64,000 nucleotides of DNA from Mantamonas sphyraenae STR306 (taxonomy: Eukaryota > Protista > CRuMs): assembly GCA_026936335.1 (NCBI GenBank), contig JAPMXV010000070.1, positions 239,351-303,350 of the forward strand. Direction: 5' to 3'. The notes beneath the pieces are model-generated. The model saw only the letters and a list, made by a program, of their open reading frames with translations. It did no database searches and was not told where the DNA came from. This document shows positions 36,913-46,003 of the stretch, piece by piece (the first letter of the stretch is position 1; the number at the start of each line of letters is the position of its first letter). Made by a program: the position numbers and the translations under genes.

Positions 36913-37285
36913 GCGAAAGAGAGGTGTGCGGGCAGGGGAGAGTGAAGGGGGGGTGGTTGGATGAAGAAGGGGAGAAACGAGGGAAAATGAAAACGCAGTT
37001 GACTTGAGTTGCGCAGTGTGAAGCTGGAAGAGATGGGGTTCGTGGTGAGGGAGAGATGTCGGTGGGTGAGGGGAGGTGAAGGTTGTGTCGGGTGAGGAGA
37101 GAAGGGTGGGAAGAAGTTGAAAAAAGTTGTTGTGGAAGATGGAACGGAGGGGACGGAGGGAACACGGGGGGGAACGGGGAAGGGGGGGAAGGAAGGGTGG
37201 GATTGGGGGATTGGGAGGGGTGGGGGTTTGCAGGAGGGATGGGCATTGGTGGGTGTGCGGGGAAAAGAAAAAAAAAAAAGAAAGA

Positions 37286-37359
37286 AGACCGCGACGGGAC
37301 TTGAACCCGCAATCTCGAGTGCCGTAAACTCGCGCCTTATCCAATTTGGCCACGCGGTC
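37286..37359 (-). tRNA. tRNA-Arg(ACG), copy 1
   Basis: Full cloverleaf: GACCGCG/CGCGGTC acceptor, CGAGT-TTACGGC-ACTCG anticodon arm, GGTTCAAGTCC T-arm, oligo-T terminator. Confidence 0.97.
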
Positions 37360-37579
37360 GGTGCTTCTTCGGGTATCATTGTGGTTCCCACGTTTACAGA
37401 GGCAGGGATGTTGCAAGCACAAACGAGTCTGCGACCACGGAGAGGTTTGGGTGTGACATCCTGTACAGGCAGATGGAACACATCATACATCAAACTCACA
37501 ACAAGGCAACACTCACATCCTACATTCACACAGCTGTGGGCGGACGCGCCGTAGGGTGCACAAGAAGTCGGAGTCGGAG

Positions 37580-38161
37580 ATGCCACGAAACGTCGAAATC
37601 AAGGCACGCATCGAGGACCCGCAGGCGCTGATTGAACTGGCTCTGAAGCACAGTGAGAGTGACGGGAGCAAGACGACGCTGCGGCAGCGAGATACATTCT
37701 TTGTGGCCGCGCAGGGGCGGCTGAAGCTGAGGGAGATTGTGGACGACCACGCGGAACTGATTGCGTACAGCAGGCCCGACCAGTCTGGCCCCAAGCTGTC
37801 TACGTACAGTATTGCGATTGTGAGTGAGCCTGAGGCTCTGCGCAACACGCTGGCGGCAGCACTGGGCGTTGTTGGGGAGGTGATCAAAACGCGCACCCTG
37901 GTAATGGTGGGCCAGACGCGCGTACACGTCGACGAAGTGCAGGGTCTGGGCAACTACATGGAGCTGGAGGTAGTGTTGACTGATGAGCAGAGTGTGGAGG
38001 ACGGTCAGGCCATTGCCGATGCGCTGAAGGAATACCTCGGCGTGCAGGACGGGGACCTGGAAACGCACGCATACATGGATCTGCTTGCGGCAAAGAAGGA
38101 AAGCAAGGACGAGGCCGTGGCCAAGGAGACCGGCGACGAAACGGTCGAGGTCTTGGAGTGA
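37580..38161 (+). CDS. CYTH-domain protein (class IV adenylate cyclase/triphosphatase fold)
   Basis: NVEIKAR, QRDTFF, RLKLR, KTR, HVD.V.GLG.YMELE motifs. Confidence 0.93.
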   Translation: MPRNVEIKARIEDPQALIELALKHSESDGSKTTLRQRDTFFVAAQGRLKLREIVDDHAELIAYSRPDQSGPKLSTYSIAIVSEPEALRNTLAAALGVVGEVIKTRTLVMVGQTRVHVDEVQGLGNYMELEVVLTDEQSVEDGQAIADALKEYLGVQDGDLETHAYMDLLAAKKESKDEAVAKETGDETVEVLE

Positions 38162-38230
38162 ACGTGCATGGCGCAAGGAACGCGTGCGCTCGGTTCCGCA
38201 AGCCTTCGGACCACACGTGCCTTCCCTGTA

Positions 38231-39070
38231 ATGAACACTCGCCCGATTGCCGTCTCGCTGGCCACCGTGATGCTGCTCGCAGTGTGCGGCGCATGCATGT
38301 CGCCTGTCCCCCACTCGAGCGACAACTCGTGGGACTACCTGCTTTTTGTGGTGCAGTGGCCTCAAACAGGCTGTGCAGACACGGACCGCCGCTGCTACAT
38401 TCCGCAAGACGTGAACTACTTTACGATGCATGGGCTTTGGGTAAGTGTGCCGCATGCTGAGGAGACGGGCGGGCGCAGAGAGGGCGCCGTTCACGCAATT
38501 TCCTTCCAGAACTTCCCTCGCTCACGCTGCCGCTCCACACAGCCAAACAGGAACGACGGCTCCTACCCCTCCGACTGTGACCCGAGCAACCCGTTTGATG
38601 CGAACAAGATCTCGGATCTCATGGACGACATGCACAAGTACTGGCCCGATCTGTACGACCCGACGGGCACGGACTTTTACGCCCACGAGTGGAACAAGCA
38701 CGGCACGTGCGCCGAGAGCGACTCGGTGATTTCGGGCCAACACGCCTACTTTTCGCAGATCCTGCAGCTGCGCAAGAACACGCCCATCGACGAGTCGCTG
38801 GCGGCCGCGGGCATTGTGCCTTCCAACTCGACCAAGTACAATGCCTCGGACGTCGAGAGCGCCATCCGCAGCCGCTTGGGCGTCACCCCGCAGCTCGACT
38901 GCACCAGCACGGACCAGGGCATCCTCATCAAGGAGATCCATCTTTGCGTTGACAAGAGCCTGAGCTTCATGGAGTGCCCCTCGTCTGCAAGCGCTCTCCG
39001 CAGCAGCGACCAGTGCCAGGATGGCTTCCTCATTCCAGAGATCCACCACAGTGACGAGTATGCGCAGTAG
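38231..39070 (+). CDS. Ribonuclease T2 (secreted); intron 38441-38542
   Basis: Signal peptide; CAS I FTMHGLW|P and CAS II HEWNKHGTC. Confidence 0.95.
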   Translation: MNTRPIAVSLATVMLLAVCGACMSPVPHSSDNSWDYLLFVVQWPQTGCADTDRRCYIPQDVNYFTMHGLWVSVPHAEETGGRREGAVHAISFQNFPRSRCRSTQPNRNDGSYPSDCDPSNPFDANKISDLMDDMHKYWPDLYDPTGTDFYAHEWNKHGTCAESDSVISGQHAYFSQILQLRKNTPIDESLAAAGIVPSNSTKYNASDVESAIRSRLGVTPQLDCTSTDQGILIKEIHLCVDKSLSFMECPSSASALRSSDQCQDGFLIPEIHHSDEYAQ

Positions 39071-39176
39071 GTGCAGGAGGTGAGATGGGTGCGCTGATGG
39101 AAATGGATGTGACGTCGGCAACCGTTTTTTGTTTTCGCGTTTGCGTTTCTCAGGTTTGCGCATGGGAGAATTGCAT

Positions 39177-40275
39177 TGGTCGCAAGTGGTCAAAGGTTGG
39201 GTTGTGGTGGGTGGAAAAGTGCAGCGTGCGTGCGGTGAAGTGGTGCAACAGGCAATCAGCGAGCACAACCGATGGTGTGCTCCCCAACATGACACGCCCA
39301 CAACAGTGAGGCGACGCGGGGACCACTGCTGGCGCAAGACATGTGGACTCTACACCTTCCTCTTGTGACCATACGGCCCAATGCTGACTTTTTTTTTGTG
39401 CGCACATTCAGAGGAGGAGGCTGGTGGAATTTGTGGCACATCTGGTCGCAAGTGGTCAACGCGATCCCTGAGTTGCATATGAAGGGTTGTTGTCGGTGAA
39501 GAATGGATTGTTGACTTTGTTGACAGTGTGCACACCACATGTCCACACGTCTGAGGTGCTGGCCAAACCTGAAACGCTCGCAACTGCGTGGCGACGCTGG
39601 CAGTGCCGTTGCCCCGGACCCGTGACTCTAACGGGGGTCCCGGGAAGCAGCAGGACTCTATGTGGTGCATATGTTCTTTTTTTGGCTTCACTTTAGCTGG
39701 TGGTGCGTCCATGCCACGGAAGAGGGCCGGACATCGATTGTGTCTTGGTCGCAAGTTGTCCGGACCTCGTTGCAAGACGACGGAAAAGAGGAACATTGCC
39801 TCCACAGTGTGCACATGTTTGTTTGCAATCGCATGTCCACACGTCTGAGATGCTCGCCAAACTTGACACGCCCCGCAACTGCGTGGCGACGCAGGCAGCA
39901 TCGTTGTCCCAGCGCCCGAGACGGTATCGGGTGTGCTGGATTGCAGCAGGACTCTATGTGGTGCATATGTTTTCTTTTTTGGCTTCACCTTAGCTGGTGG
40001 TGCGTCCATGCCACGGAAGAGGGCCGGAATCGACAATGTCTGGGTCGCAAGTTGTCAACGCTGCGCAGGGAATTCGCCACGAAGAAATCGCTCTCCAACG
40101 CGGCTCATTGTCGTAGTCCGCAAATCACATGTCCACACGTCTGAGGTGTGTGCCCAACTTGAAACGCCCGCAACAGCGTGGCGACACAGGCAGCATCGTT
40201 GTCCCGGCTTCCGAGACGAAATCGGGTCGTCGGAGCGCAGCAGGATTCAATGTGGTGCGTACGTTTTCTTTTTTT
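39177..40275 (+). ncRNA. Tandem array (~270-300-bp period) of four candidate structured small RNAs (~39255-39397, 39536-39683, 39830-39980, 40126-40275)
   Basis: Conserved blocks, compensatory changes in hairpins, 5'/3' terminal pairing, an oligo-T run ending each unit, and an upstream (T)GGTCGCA motif. No known family recognised. Confidence 0.6.
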
Positions 40276-40294
40276 GTCTGCATGCATCACATCA

Positions 40295-43200
40295 TCAAAA
40301 CCACTCCTCCGCCTCAAATCCCTCCGCCCCCTGCGCCCAGAATTTGCCCATCTTGTCTTCCAACTTTGCCAGTCGCTGCTGCTGAGCGCGCGTGAGGACA
40401 TTGACGTCCGCGCCGTATGGCAGCAGCTCGCGAATCATCAGAACGGCGCTGTTGTCCACAGCATATGACAGCGGCGTTTGTGCTTGAAGCTCAAAGCCAC
40501 GGCGGACTCCCAACCCCCCCCAGTGTCGAGCCGGCTGAACATCTGCGTGGGGCAAACACACGTTCACGTTGGCACCAGCCTTGAGCAACAGAGCAGCAGA
40601 ACGCACTCTGTTGGCTGTCACAGCCACATAAAGCGGCGTCTGGCCACGGGTGTCTGTTGCATCCACCTTGGCTCCGTGATCCAACATCAACTTCGCCAGC
40701 GCAATGCTGCCGCACGTTGCGGCCGCGTGAAGCGGTGTACGCAATCCCGCCACGCCCCACATCTGGTTTCTGCCCTCCAAGCTGTCGCTGCACTCGTTGA
40801 CATCCACGCCAGCCTCCAGCAACGCCTCGCACGCAGACAGGGACCCGGCCGATGCAGCCAACAGCAGTGCAGTGTTCCCGTCGTAGTCCTTGGCATGTAC
40901 ATCGGCACCCAGCTCCACCAGCAGCGGCACCATGCCCGTGTGGCTTGCTGCCGCCAGCAGCAACGGTGTCCTTTGCATGGGCTCCACTCTCGCTTCCAAT
41001 GACGCTCCAGCTTCCACAAGCAGCTTCACCACGTCATATCTCTCTCTCATCACCGCCCCGTGCAACGCCGTGGCCCCCTTTGTGTCAGGAACGTCCACTT
41101 CTGCCCCAGCCGCGAGCAGAATCTGTACCAACTCCACCGAATCATGAAGAGCCGCCAGACGCAGGGGTAGCCATCTCACTGATTCGTATTCATCAGCGTT
41201 GAATGCAAACATGGCCCGCTGACGCTTTCCGTCCTGCGGATCCTGCTGTGGAACGCTACTCAGATTCACGTCGGCCCCAGCAGCAAGCAGAATCTTCACC
41301 TCCTGAACGGCGTTCAAGCGGCAGGCAGTGCTCAACGGCGTTGCTCCGTTCGAATTGAACCTGTCGACCTCTGCACCGCGACGCAGTAGCAGCTGCACAA
41401 GTTCGGGGTTCTTTGCTGACACCGCCATGTGCAGCGGCGTGGACTTCCGACGGTCGTGCTTGGTCTTGACCAGCCTTGTCCGTGCATTCGGGTCTGCTCC
41501 GTTGTCCAAAAGCCATTCGTAAAACGACAGCGGGTATGGTTCACAACACGCAGCCACCAGTGGCGAGAAAGCGTCCTCAGAGTCAGTGTTGGCCGGATCC
41601 GCTCCCGCCGCCACGAGCTTCTCTGCAAACTCGGGTAAATAGTAGCACGCATTTGCTAGCGTCACGCCGTCGTTTGGGTCCACACCTCGATCCAAGAGCA
41701 GCTCCAGCATGTCCATGTTCTTGACTCGCAACATGGTCTCCCAGTCGAACGGTTTCACCTTTGCTCCCGCATCCAGCAGCTTTTCAACCATATGCAGTGC
41801 TCCACTGTGCAAAGCAAGGAACAGCGGCGTGTTTCTGTGATTCCCGACATCCGGTGATGGGTCCGCTCCGGCATCAAGGAGAAGCGTGGCACAGCTGAGG
41901 TGACAGTTCTGCATTGCCAGCAACAGCGGCGTCACCTGATCACGGTTGAGCGGGTCCACAGGCGCGTCAGCCCCAATCAGGGTCTTTACACATGCTTCGT
42001 TGCCCGCATGCGATGCCACGTGCAACAGGGTGTCTCCGGCCGTGCTGTGTGCGCGTGCAGATCCTCCTGCTTCCAGGAGCAGCTTCAGGCATTCGTCGTC
42101 TGCGCCTGATTCGCACGCAAGGCGCAGGGACATGCCATCGACAGATGCGCCTGCGTCCAAAAGGATGCGCACCACAGAAGGCTGGTTGGTCGCACAGGCG
42201 ACATGAAGCGGAGTCGTTTCGTGTGACCAAGAGCCCTGGCTCGGCACGGCAATCTCGGGCGACACCCCGCACGTGTCCAACAACGCAGACACGACGTTTT
42301 CCATGTTGTGGAAAATGGCTGCGTGGATCAGTGTTTGCGTGCACTCGTCGCTGGTTGCAAGCGAAGGATCGTGTGCAATCAGTTCCAGCGCGACGTCGTC
42401 GTGTTTGTGTTCCACTGCAGTCACCAATGCGGTTGTGCCGTGCCTCTTTGCCGAAGCGTCCGCTCCGGCCTCCAGCAGTGTTTGCACACAAGTCAACCGG
42501 CCAATCTGCGCGGCTTGGACGATGGGGGAGCCCAGGTTTGGGTCTGCGCCACAGGCGATTAGTTGTGCCACAATCCCATCGTGTCCACCTTGCACGGCGA
42601 GATCGAGGACGCTGTGGTAGTGGTTGCTTCTCGTGTGCACGTCTGCTCCGTGTTCGATGAGCGGCAACACAAAGTCAAAGTGTCTGTTCTCAACCGCCAA
42701 CATCAACGCAGTCATGCCGTCTGCCTGGTTCACGGGGAAATCTACGGGGGCACCCGCCTCGATGAGAACGTGGAATAGCTCCTGATTGTTCTTTTCCACC
42801 GCCAGACTGATCGCAGACCAGCCCGAGCTTGCGTGCTGCTTCACGTCTGCTCCGGCATCCAGCAGCAGCTTGACAATCTCCACGTGTCCAGAAGAGCAGG
42901 CTGTGAGTAGTGGCGACGCGTGCACGTAAAAGTTGTTGTCGATGTTGGGATCGGCGCCTCGCTGCAGCAGAAGGGACACCACCTCGGTGTGCCCCTCTCT
43001 GGAGGCCATGGCCAGAGGTGTGTGCTCTCTGCGTTGCTCGCCATCCGGGTGACTGCCCTCATCCAGGCGTCGGCGCACCTCGTCTAGCAGACCACGCCCG
43101 GCCAGGACACCAAGTGACGGGCCGTCCTCTTCACCTTCACCGCCGTGTTTGCGCTCGTGCGCCCTTTTCCCAAACGCAGCCCTCTTGAACGATCGAGCAA

Positions 43201-44290
43201 CCGCTGTCTGTGACGCCTTGCCGGCCAGGCGTCGGCTATTGACCGTCTCGGCAAAGCGCATGTCGCGCTCATACGAGCTTCCGCGACGCACCTCACGATC
43301 GCTTGGGTCGATTCGGAACTTGGCCAGCAGCTCGTGCACGGGTGGCTGTCGATGCAGTGTTGGAAGAGCTGCGGTATCCTGCCAGGACAGCTCACCGTCG
43401 AGGAATTGATTGTCCTGCTCATGCTGCAGAAACTGGTTGAATTGGCCAAACTGTGCTCGGCTGTTGTCAAAGAACGGAGCGAAATTCTGCCTTTTGCTTC
43501 TGCGGCCAAACCGGGATCGTGCATCTTGTTCTGGTGCTTCTCCGTTGCTTGCTGTGGTGACGGTTGCCTTGTCAAAGATGCCCCGTCCAGATTTGGTGGT
43601 GATGTTGGGGTTTGAGCCGAACGGGTTGGAATTGGTGTTGGTGTTTGAGCCGAAGCGGCGGGTATTGTTGTGGGTTTTGTGCTTGCGAATGCCGAATCGA
43701 GAGGTACCTGTGTTGGTGGTGGGCTTGGGCTTTGAGCCGAAGCGGCTGGAGGTGTTGGTGTTGGTGTTGGTGTTGCGCTTGCCGAAGCCGCTGCGAGAGG
43801 TACCTGTGTTGGAGGTGGACTCGGAGTTGTTGGTGGTGGGCTTTGAGCCGAAGCGACTGGAGGTGTTGGTGTTGGTGTTGCGTTTGCCGAAACCGCTGCG
43901 AGAGGTACCTGTGTTGGAGGTGGACTCGGAGTTGTTGGTGGTGGGCTTTGAGCCGAAGGTGTTGGAGGTGTTGGTGTTGGTGTTGGGCTTGCCGAAGCCG
44001 CTGCGAGAGGTACCTGTGATGGAGGTGGACTCGGAGTCGGTGGTGGTGGGCTTTGAGCCGAAGCGACTGGAGGTGTTGGTGTTGGTGTTGGGCTTGCCGA
44101 AGCCGCTGCGAGAGGTACCTGTGTTGGAGGTGGACTCGGAGTCGGTGGTGGTGGGCTTTGAGCCGAAGGTGTTGGAGGTGTTGGTGTTGGTGTTGGGCTT
44201 GCCGAAGCCGCTGCGAGAGGTACCTGTGTTGGAGGTGGACTCGGACTCGTTCTTGGATTCGTCTGTGCAACGCATCGACGCATGTGCCAT
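40295..44290 (-). CDS. Large ankyrin-repeat protein (>20 repeats) with N-terminal S/T/N-rich FG repeats
   Basis: Intact 1331-aa ORF; many TPL..A ankyrin motifs. Confidence 0.92.
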   Translation of the reverse strand: MAHASMRCTDESKNESESTSNTGTSRSGFGKPNTNTNTSNTFGSKPTTTDSESTSNTGTSRSGFGKPNTNTNTSSRFGSKPTTTDSESTSITGTSRSGFGKPNTNTNTSNTFGSKPTTNNSESTSNTGTSRSGFGKRNTNTNTSSRFGSKPTTNNSESTSNTGTSRSGFGKRNTNTNTNTSSRFGSKPKPTTNTGTSRFGIRKHKTHNNTRRFGSNTNTNSNPFGSNPNITTKSGRGIFDKATVTTASNGEAPEQDARSRFGRRSKRQNFAPFFDNSRAQFGQFNQFLQHEQDNQFLDGELSWQDTAALPTLHRQPPVHELLAKFRIDPSDREVRRGSSYERDMRFAETVNSRRLAGKASQTAVARSFKRAAFGKRAHERKHGGEGEEDGPSLGVLAGRGLLDEVRRRLDEGSHPDGEQRREHTPLAMASREGHTEVVSLLLQRGADPNIDNNFYVHASPLLTACSSGHVEIVKLLLDAGADVKQHASSGWSAISLAVEKNNQELFHVLIEAGAPVDFPVNQADGMTALMLAVENRHFDFVLPLIEHGADVHTRSNHYHSVLDLAVQGGHDGIVAQLIACGADPNLGSPIVQAAQIGRLTCVQTLLEAGADASAKRHGTTALVTAVEHKHDDVALELIAHDPSLATSDECTQTLIHAAIFHNMENVVSALLDTCGVSPEIAVPSQGSWSHETTPLHVACATNQPSVVRILLDAGASVDGMSLRLACESGADDECLKLLLEAGGSARAHSTAGDTLLHVASHAGNEACVKTLIGADAPVDPLNRDQVTPLLLAMQNCHLSCATLLLDAGADPSPDVGNHRNTPLFLALHSGALHMVEKLLDAGAKVKPFDWETMLRVKNMDMLELLLDRGVDPNDGVTLANACYYLPEFAEKLVAAGADPANTDSEDAFSPLVAACCEPYPLSFYEWLLDNGADPNARTRLVKTKHDRRKSTPLHMAVSAKNPELVQLLLRRGAEVDRFNSNGATPLSTACRLNAVQEVKILLAAGADVNLSSVPQQDPQDGKRQRAMFAFNADEYESVRWLPLRLAALHDSVELVQILLAAGAEVDVPDTKGATALHGAVMRERYDVVKLLVEAGASLEARVEPMQRTPLLLAAASHTGMVPLLVELGADVHAKDYDGNTALLLAASAGSLSACEALLEAGVDVNECSDSLEGRNQMWGVAGLRTPLHAAATCGSIALAKLMLDHGAKVDATDTRGQTPLYVAVTANRVRSAALLLKAGANVNVCLPHADVQPARHWGGLGVRRGFELQAQTPLSYAVDNSAVLMIRELLPYGADVNVLTRAQQQRLAKLEDKMGKFWAQGAEGFEAEEWF
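43600..44245 (-). repeat. Coding tandem repeat, 105-bp (35-aa) unit SESTSNTGTSRSGFGKPNTNTNTS..FGSKPTT, about 5 copies plus degenerate ends
   Basis: Directly visible repeated gaggtacctgtgttggaggtggactcgga units. Confidence 0.9.
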
Positions 44291-44845
44291 CGCTGAGGGT
44301 TAGCAAAATTCTGAGCAAGATTGACTGTGTGACCAGAGGCACCCAACGTCGTGCGGTCTCGAGCAACTCCATTCCGTGCACTGCGCGGATCTGGGAGGGA
44401 CGCACTGCACAAAATTTCAGGTCGTCCTCGCTCTCCACTTGACCTGCTGAAACTACACCGCCAATACACAACTCACCCTCAGTACCAGTCAAAGCTCGAG
44501 ATTCCTTCGGTGCAGCGTTCGAAGCCACATGGCGTGCGTGAGTGGGTTGTGTGCGATGGACAAGCACTGAATACGCCCCCTCCGGCCATGCAAGACCACA
44601 TGACCAACCTACTCTTTCTCCTTGGGTTGCCTCCCTCTCGCGTTGACTATGGACGAATCTGCTTCTCATGATCTCTTTGTGAAGGAATTCGTGGATGTGC
44701 CGCCGCGAGCACGCTCAACTTCTCATCTTCCTGAGTGCAAGCACAGGCACGCTTCATCTCTTTGGAGGTGTTGATGTCAAGTTAATCTTCAATTGCAGAC
44801 GAGGTGTCTCTGCTTTGCCCCTCTGTAGCATACGGTGATTCTGTC

Positions 44846-44854
44846 TGGTCGCAG
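44846..44854 (+). promoter_or_regulatory. Candidate Pol III upstream element TGGTCGCAG (also 45169-45177 on +, 37429-37437 on -, and TGGTCGCA-like in each 39-40 kb unit)
   Basis: Identical 9-mer in sense orientation about 65-85 nt upstream of all three tRNA genes. Confidence 0.6.
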
Positions 44855-44929
44855 ATATGCTCTCTCATACATGCAAGCCATGTTTCTATATTCACAGATC
44901 GACCCTCTGTATCGAACAACAACACTCAT

Positions 44930-45051
44930 TGATTCCATGTTAGGGTCATGGAGGTCCCGGGTTCAATTCCCGGCGAACCCCTTCTTTCGAATCTCAGGAC
45001 GGCTCCGGTTGATCTGGGATGAGAGATTTCGGGTTCGTGGTCTAGGGGTAT
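44930..45051 (+). tRNA. Circularly permuted tRNA-Pro(AGG): 3' part 44930-44981, 49-nt spacer, 5' part 45031-45050
   Basis: 3' part: TGATT-CCATG-TTAGGGT-CATGG-AGGTC-CCGGG-TTCAATT-CCCGG-CGAACCC-C. Downstream 5' part: GGGTTCG-TG-GTCT-AGGGGTA. Perfect 7-bp acceptor pairing; leader GAACAACA pairs with trailer TGTTGTTC; oligo-T follows. Confidence 0.9.
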
Positions 45052-45060
45052 GACATGTTG

Positions 45061-45085
45061 TTCTTTCTTTTCTCTTTTTTTTTTT
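45061..45085 (+). terminator. Oligo-T Pol III terminator of the permuted tRNA
   Basis: T-rich run ending in T11 right after the trailer. Confidence 0.8.
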
Positions 45086-45241
45086 GCTGTGAATGAACGC
45101 TACTCCTCAGGCGTGCGTGATGCAGGTGGTGCTCCTGTTCCGCTTCTTTCTTTTCCCTCCTTGCCGTCTGGTCGCAGGGCGGAGTCTGCGAGACCTGATG
45201 GCAAGATCGTCTACTGGAAAATGTCTTGCAGTATCGAAAGC

Positions 45242-45315
45242 GACCGCGTGGCCAAATTGGATAAGGCGCGAGTTTACGGCACTCGAGATTGCGGGTTCAA
45301 GTCCCGTCGCGGTCT
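45242..45315 (+). tRNA. tRNA-Arg(ACG), copy 2
   Basis: Identical to 37286-37359, inverted; oligo-T downstream. Confidence 0.97.
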
Positions 45316-46003
45316 TTCTTTTTCATTTTTTTTGTGCGAGGTGGTGACGACACTGCCGACGTTCGGCTGAGGCAATGCGCTGCGTGCGCGCACCATTGGG
45401 TTGCAGACGAATGCTGGTCAACGCAGTCAACGCAGTCAACGCATTCGGTGCTTTGGGTGGCAGCAGCCTCCCTTGTCGATGCACGACAAACACAACTGAG
45501 AAAAGGAGATGGACCGACAAGGTGGGTTGATGACAAAGGTCGGGGTGTCGTTTTGTCAACGTTGGTGGTGGTGGGCAGCTGGGGCTGCGTTCAACCGCCT
45601 TCTTCCGTGTTGGCGGAAGGAGGGTGGTGGATGGCGCCGAAGAACAAAGTGGCAAAGGAACGTCGTGCTGCCCCCCACGCACCACAGAAGGCCAAGCCTC
45701 GGCAATCCATGCAGTGGTTGACTGCACGATGCGTAGGACGACGCATCGGGCAGTCAGGAAACAACGGGACGTCGGGGCTGGGTGGGGAGGGAGTTGGGTA
45801 TGCACAGGGTGCTTGGCAAGCACAGCAGCACAGCAGCATGCAACGCATCTAACAACCAGCACATGCTCACAGATTCTGAGGGTAGGTGAATTGGGTGTAT
45901 GGAGAACGTGTAGAGTGCCGCAGAAGGGAAAAGGGAAAGAGAGGGAAAGGGAGGTGCGCATTGGCTCACAACAGGCAAAGCAGACGTAACGGGCCCGCTG
46001 GAG

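Noticed and set aside
39177-40275. CRISPR-like or hammerhead interpretation of the repeat array
   Set aside because: The period is ~295 bp with homologous 'spacers' and no cas genes; the CTGA..GAAA-like stretch lacks the full CUGANGA core and varies between copies.
44940-44945. Internal TTAGGG as a telomere seed
   Set aside because: It is the tRNA-Pro(AGG) anticodon loop.
45315-45315. U73 discriminator of tRNA-Arg as an anomaly
   Set aside because: U73 is tolerated in eukaryotic tRNA-Arg; both copies agree and are otherwise canonical.
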